Source: Bigelowiella natans CCMP2755 (Eukaryota; Protista; Cercozoa). From it: a stretch of DNA of 37,615 nucleotides. Where the stretch lies: NCBI GenBank assembly GCA_000320545.1, contig ADNK01001821.1, positions 1-37,615 on the forward strand, given 5' to 3'. The notes under the pieces are model-generated. The model did no database searches, was not told where the DNA came from, and saw only the letters and a list, made by a program, of their open reading frames with translations. The position numbers were made by a program, and so were the translations under genes. This document shows positions 36,016-37,615 of this stretch, piece after piece (the stretch's first letter is position 1; each line of letters begins with the position of its first letter).

Positions 36016-36824
36016 GGACAGCCCTCGCTGTATTCTTTCTGTTGAGAGGGTTTTCGGTTCTTCTGTTAGACCTCCCACCAGTAAAAACAAGTGCGAATAC
36101 GTATTTTGCGACAAGAACTTAAAGCAGTCGACATTGGGAATAGTACTGTGATTATGGTGCCGTTTTGTTTCTCTGCTAAATTTTTAGTCTCTCGTTACAA
36201 AACCCATTAAGACCAAGAAAAAAAGGAGTTGATCACAATTAATTTTTAAATGAGGCTTGCGACATATATATTTATTAAATTACAATTTTTTAGTAGGATT
36301 TTGTCTACGATAAAACATTTTTTTCCAAATTAGATTAGTCTGAACGGCATTCTTTCGCGCGTTTTCGCTCTGATCTGGCTCAAAAAATGATCCAATTGGA
36401 GCATGGAATTTTTTCTATAATTGTTTGTCGCCGGAAGAAAATTGCTTGTTTTATCACCAACGAGATGGACCTCTCATGACTATTTTCAAAATCGAAGATT
36501 CTTGCGATGTCGCGTATAGAAAATTGCATGTTGAGCACCATTCGATGGACTCCGTTCCTTCTTCGGAACATTCGGAGAACCACTCTTCGAATCAATCAGG
36601 AGATCGTAGGTAGATCTACACCTTCCTAATCTGTACAATTGCATCTTTGTCCAAGTAGATGAAATGCGCTCAACAATACTTGAGGAATGGCACTTTGAAA
36701 TCCTTTTAATTGATGAACAATTGAACTTTCTACCAGAACTCAGATTGCATCAGTGTTCTCCTTTACACATCCATCTGTTTCTTTCAAAAATAATACGTCA
36801 TTACCTCTAGGCGATTTTCAAATC

Positions 36825-37615
<791 letters not shown>

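Overview
Gene-dense nuclear DNA from an intron-rich, flagellated microbial eukaryote. A chlorarachniophyte-like rhizarian is my inference, based on a divergent 28S, 50-300 nt GT-AG introns with very weak donors, microsatellite-laden introns and a helicase with a bipartite plastid-type leader. The window opens with the last ~1.2 kb of a 28S rRNA gene. Only ~410 bp later a protein-coding region starts: BBS10-like chaperonin (+), orphan coiled-coil protein (-), cAMP-receptor/GCR1-like GPCR (+), prefoldin 6 (-), intronless DEVD-type DEAD-box helicase (+), cytochrome b5-acyl-CoA dehydrogenase fusion ending in SKM (-), a possible hidden small gene (+), a two-RRM protein (-), a myotubularin with an intact catalytic motif (+), IFT56/TTC26 with 26 exons (-), and the start of a GDS-motif gene (+). 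Gene models were spliced by hand, so internal boundaries are approximate. The strongest unexplained signal is non-coding: all five spacers lying downstream of protein-coding 3' ends carry a 0.3-1.1 kb block dense in short purine/pyrimidine-alternating palindromes, while the head-to-head spacers do not. Other items of note are a four-copy GGGG-core motif array just after the 28S end and complementary microsatellite pairs in or around introns. No transposon, CRISPR array, tRNA or telomere repeat was recognised.
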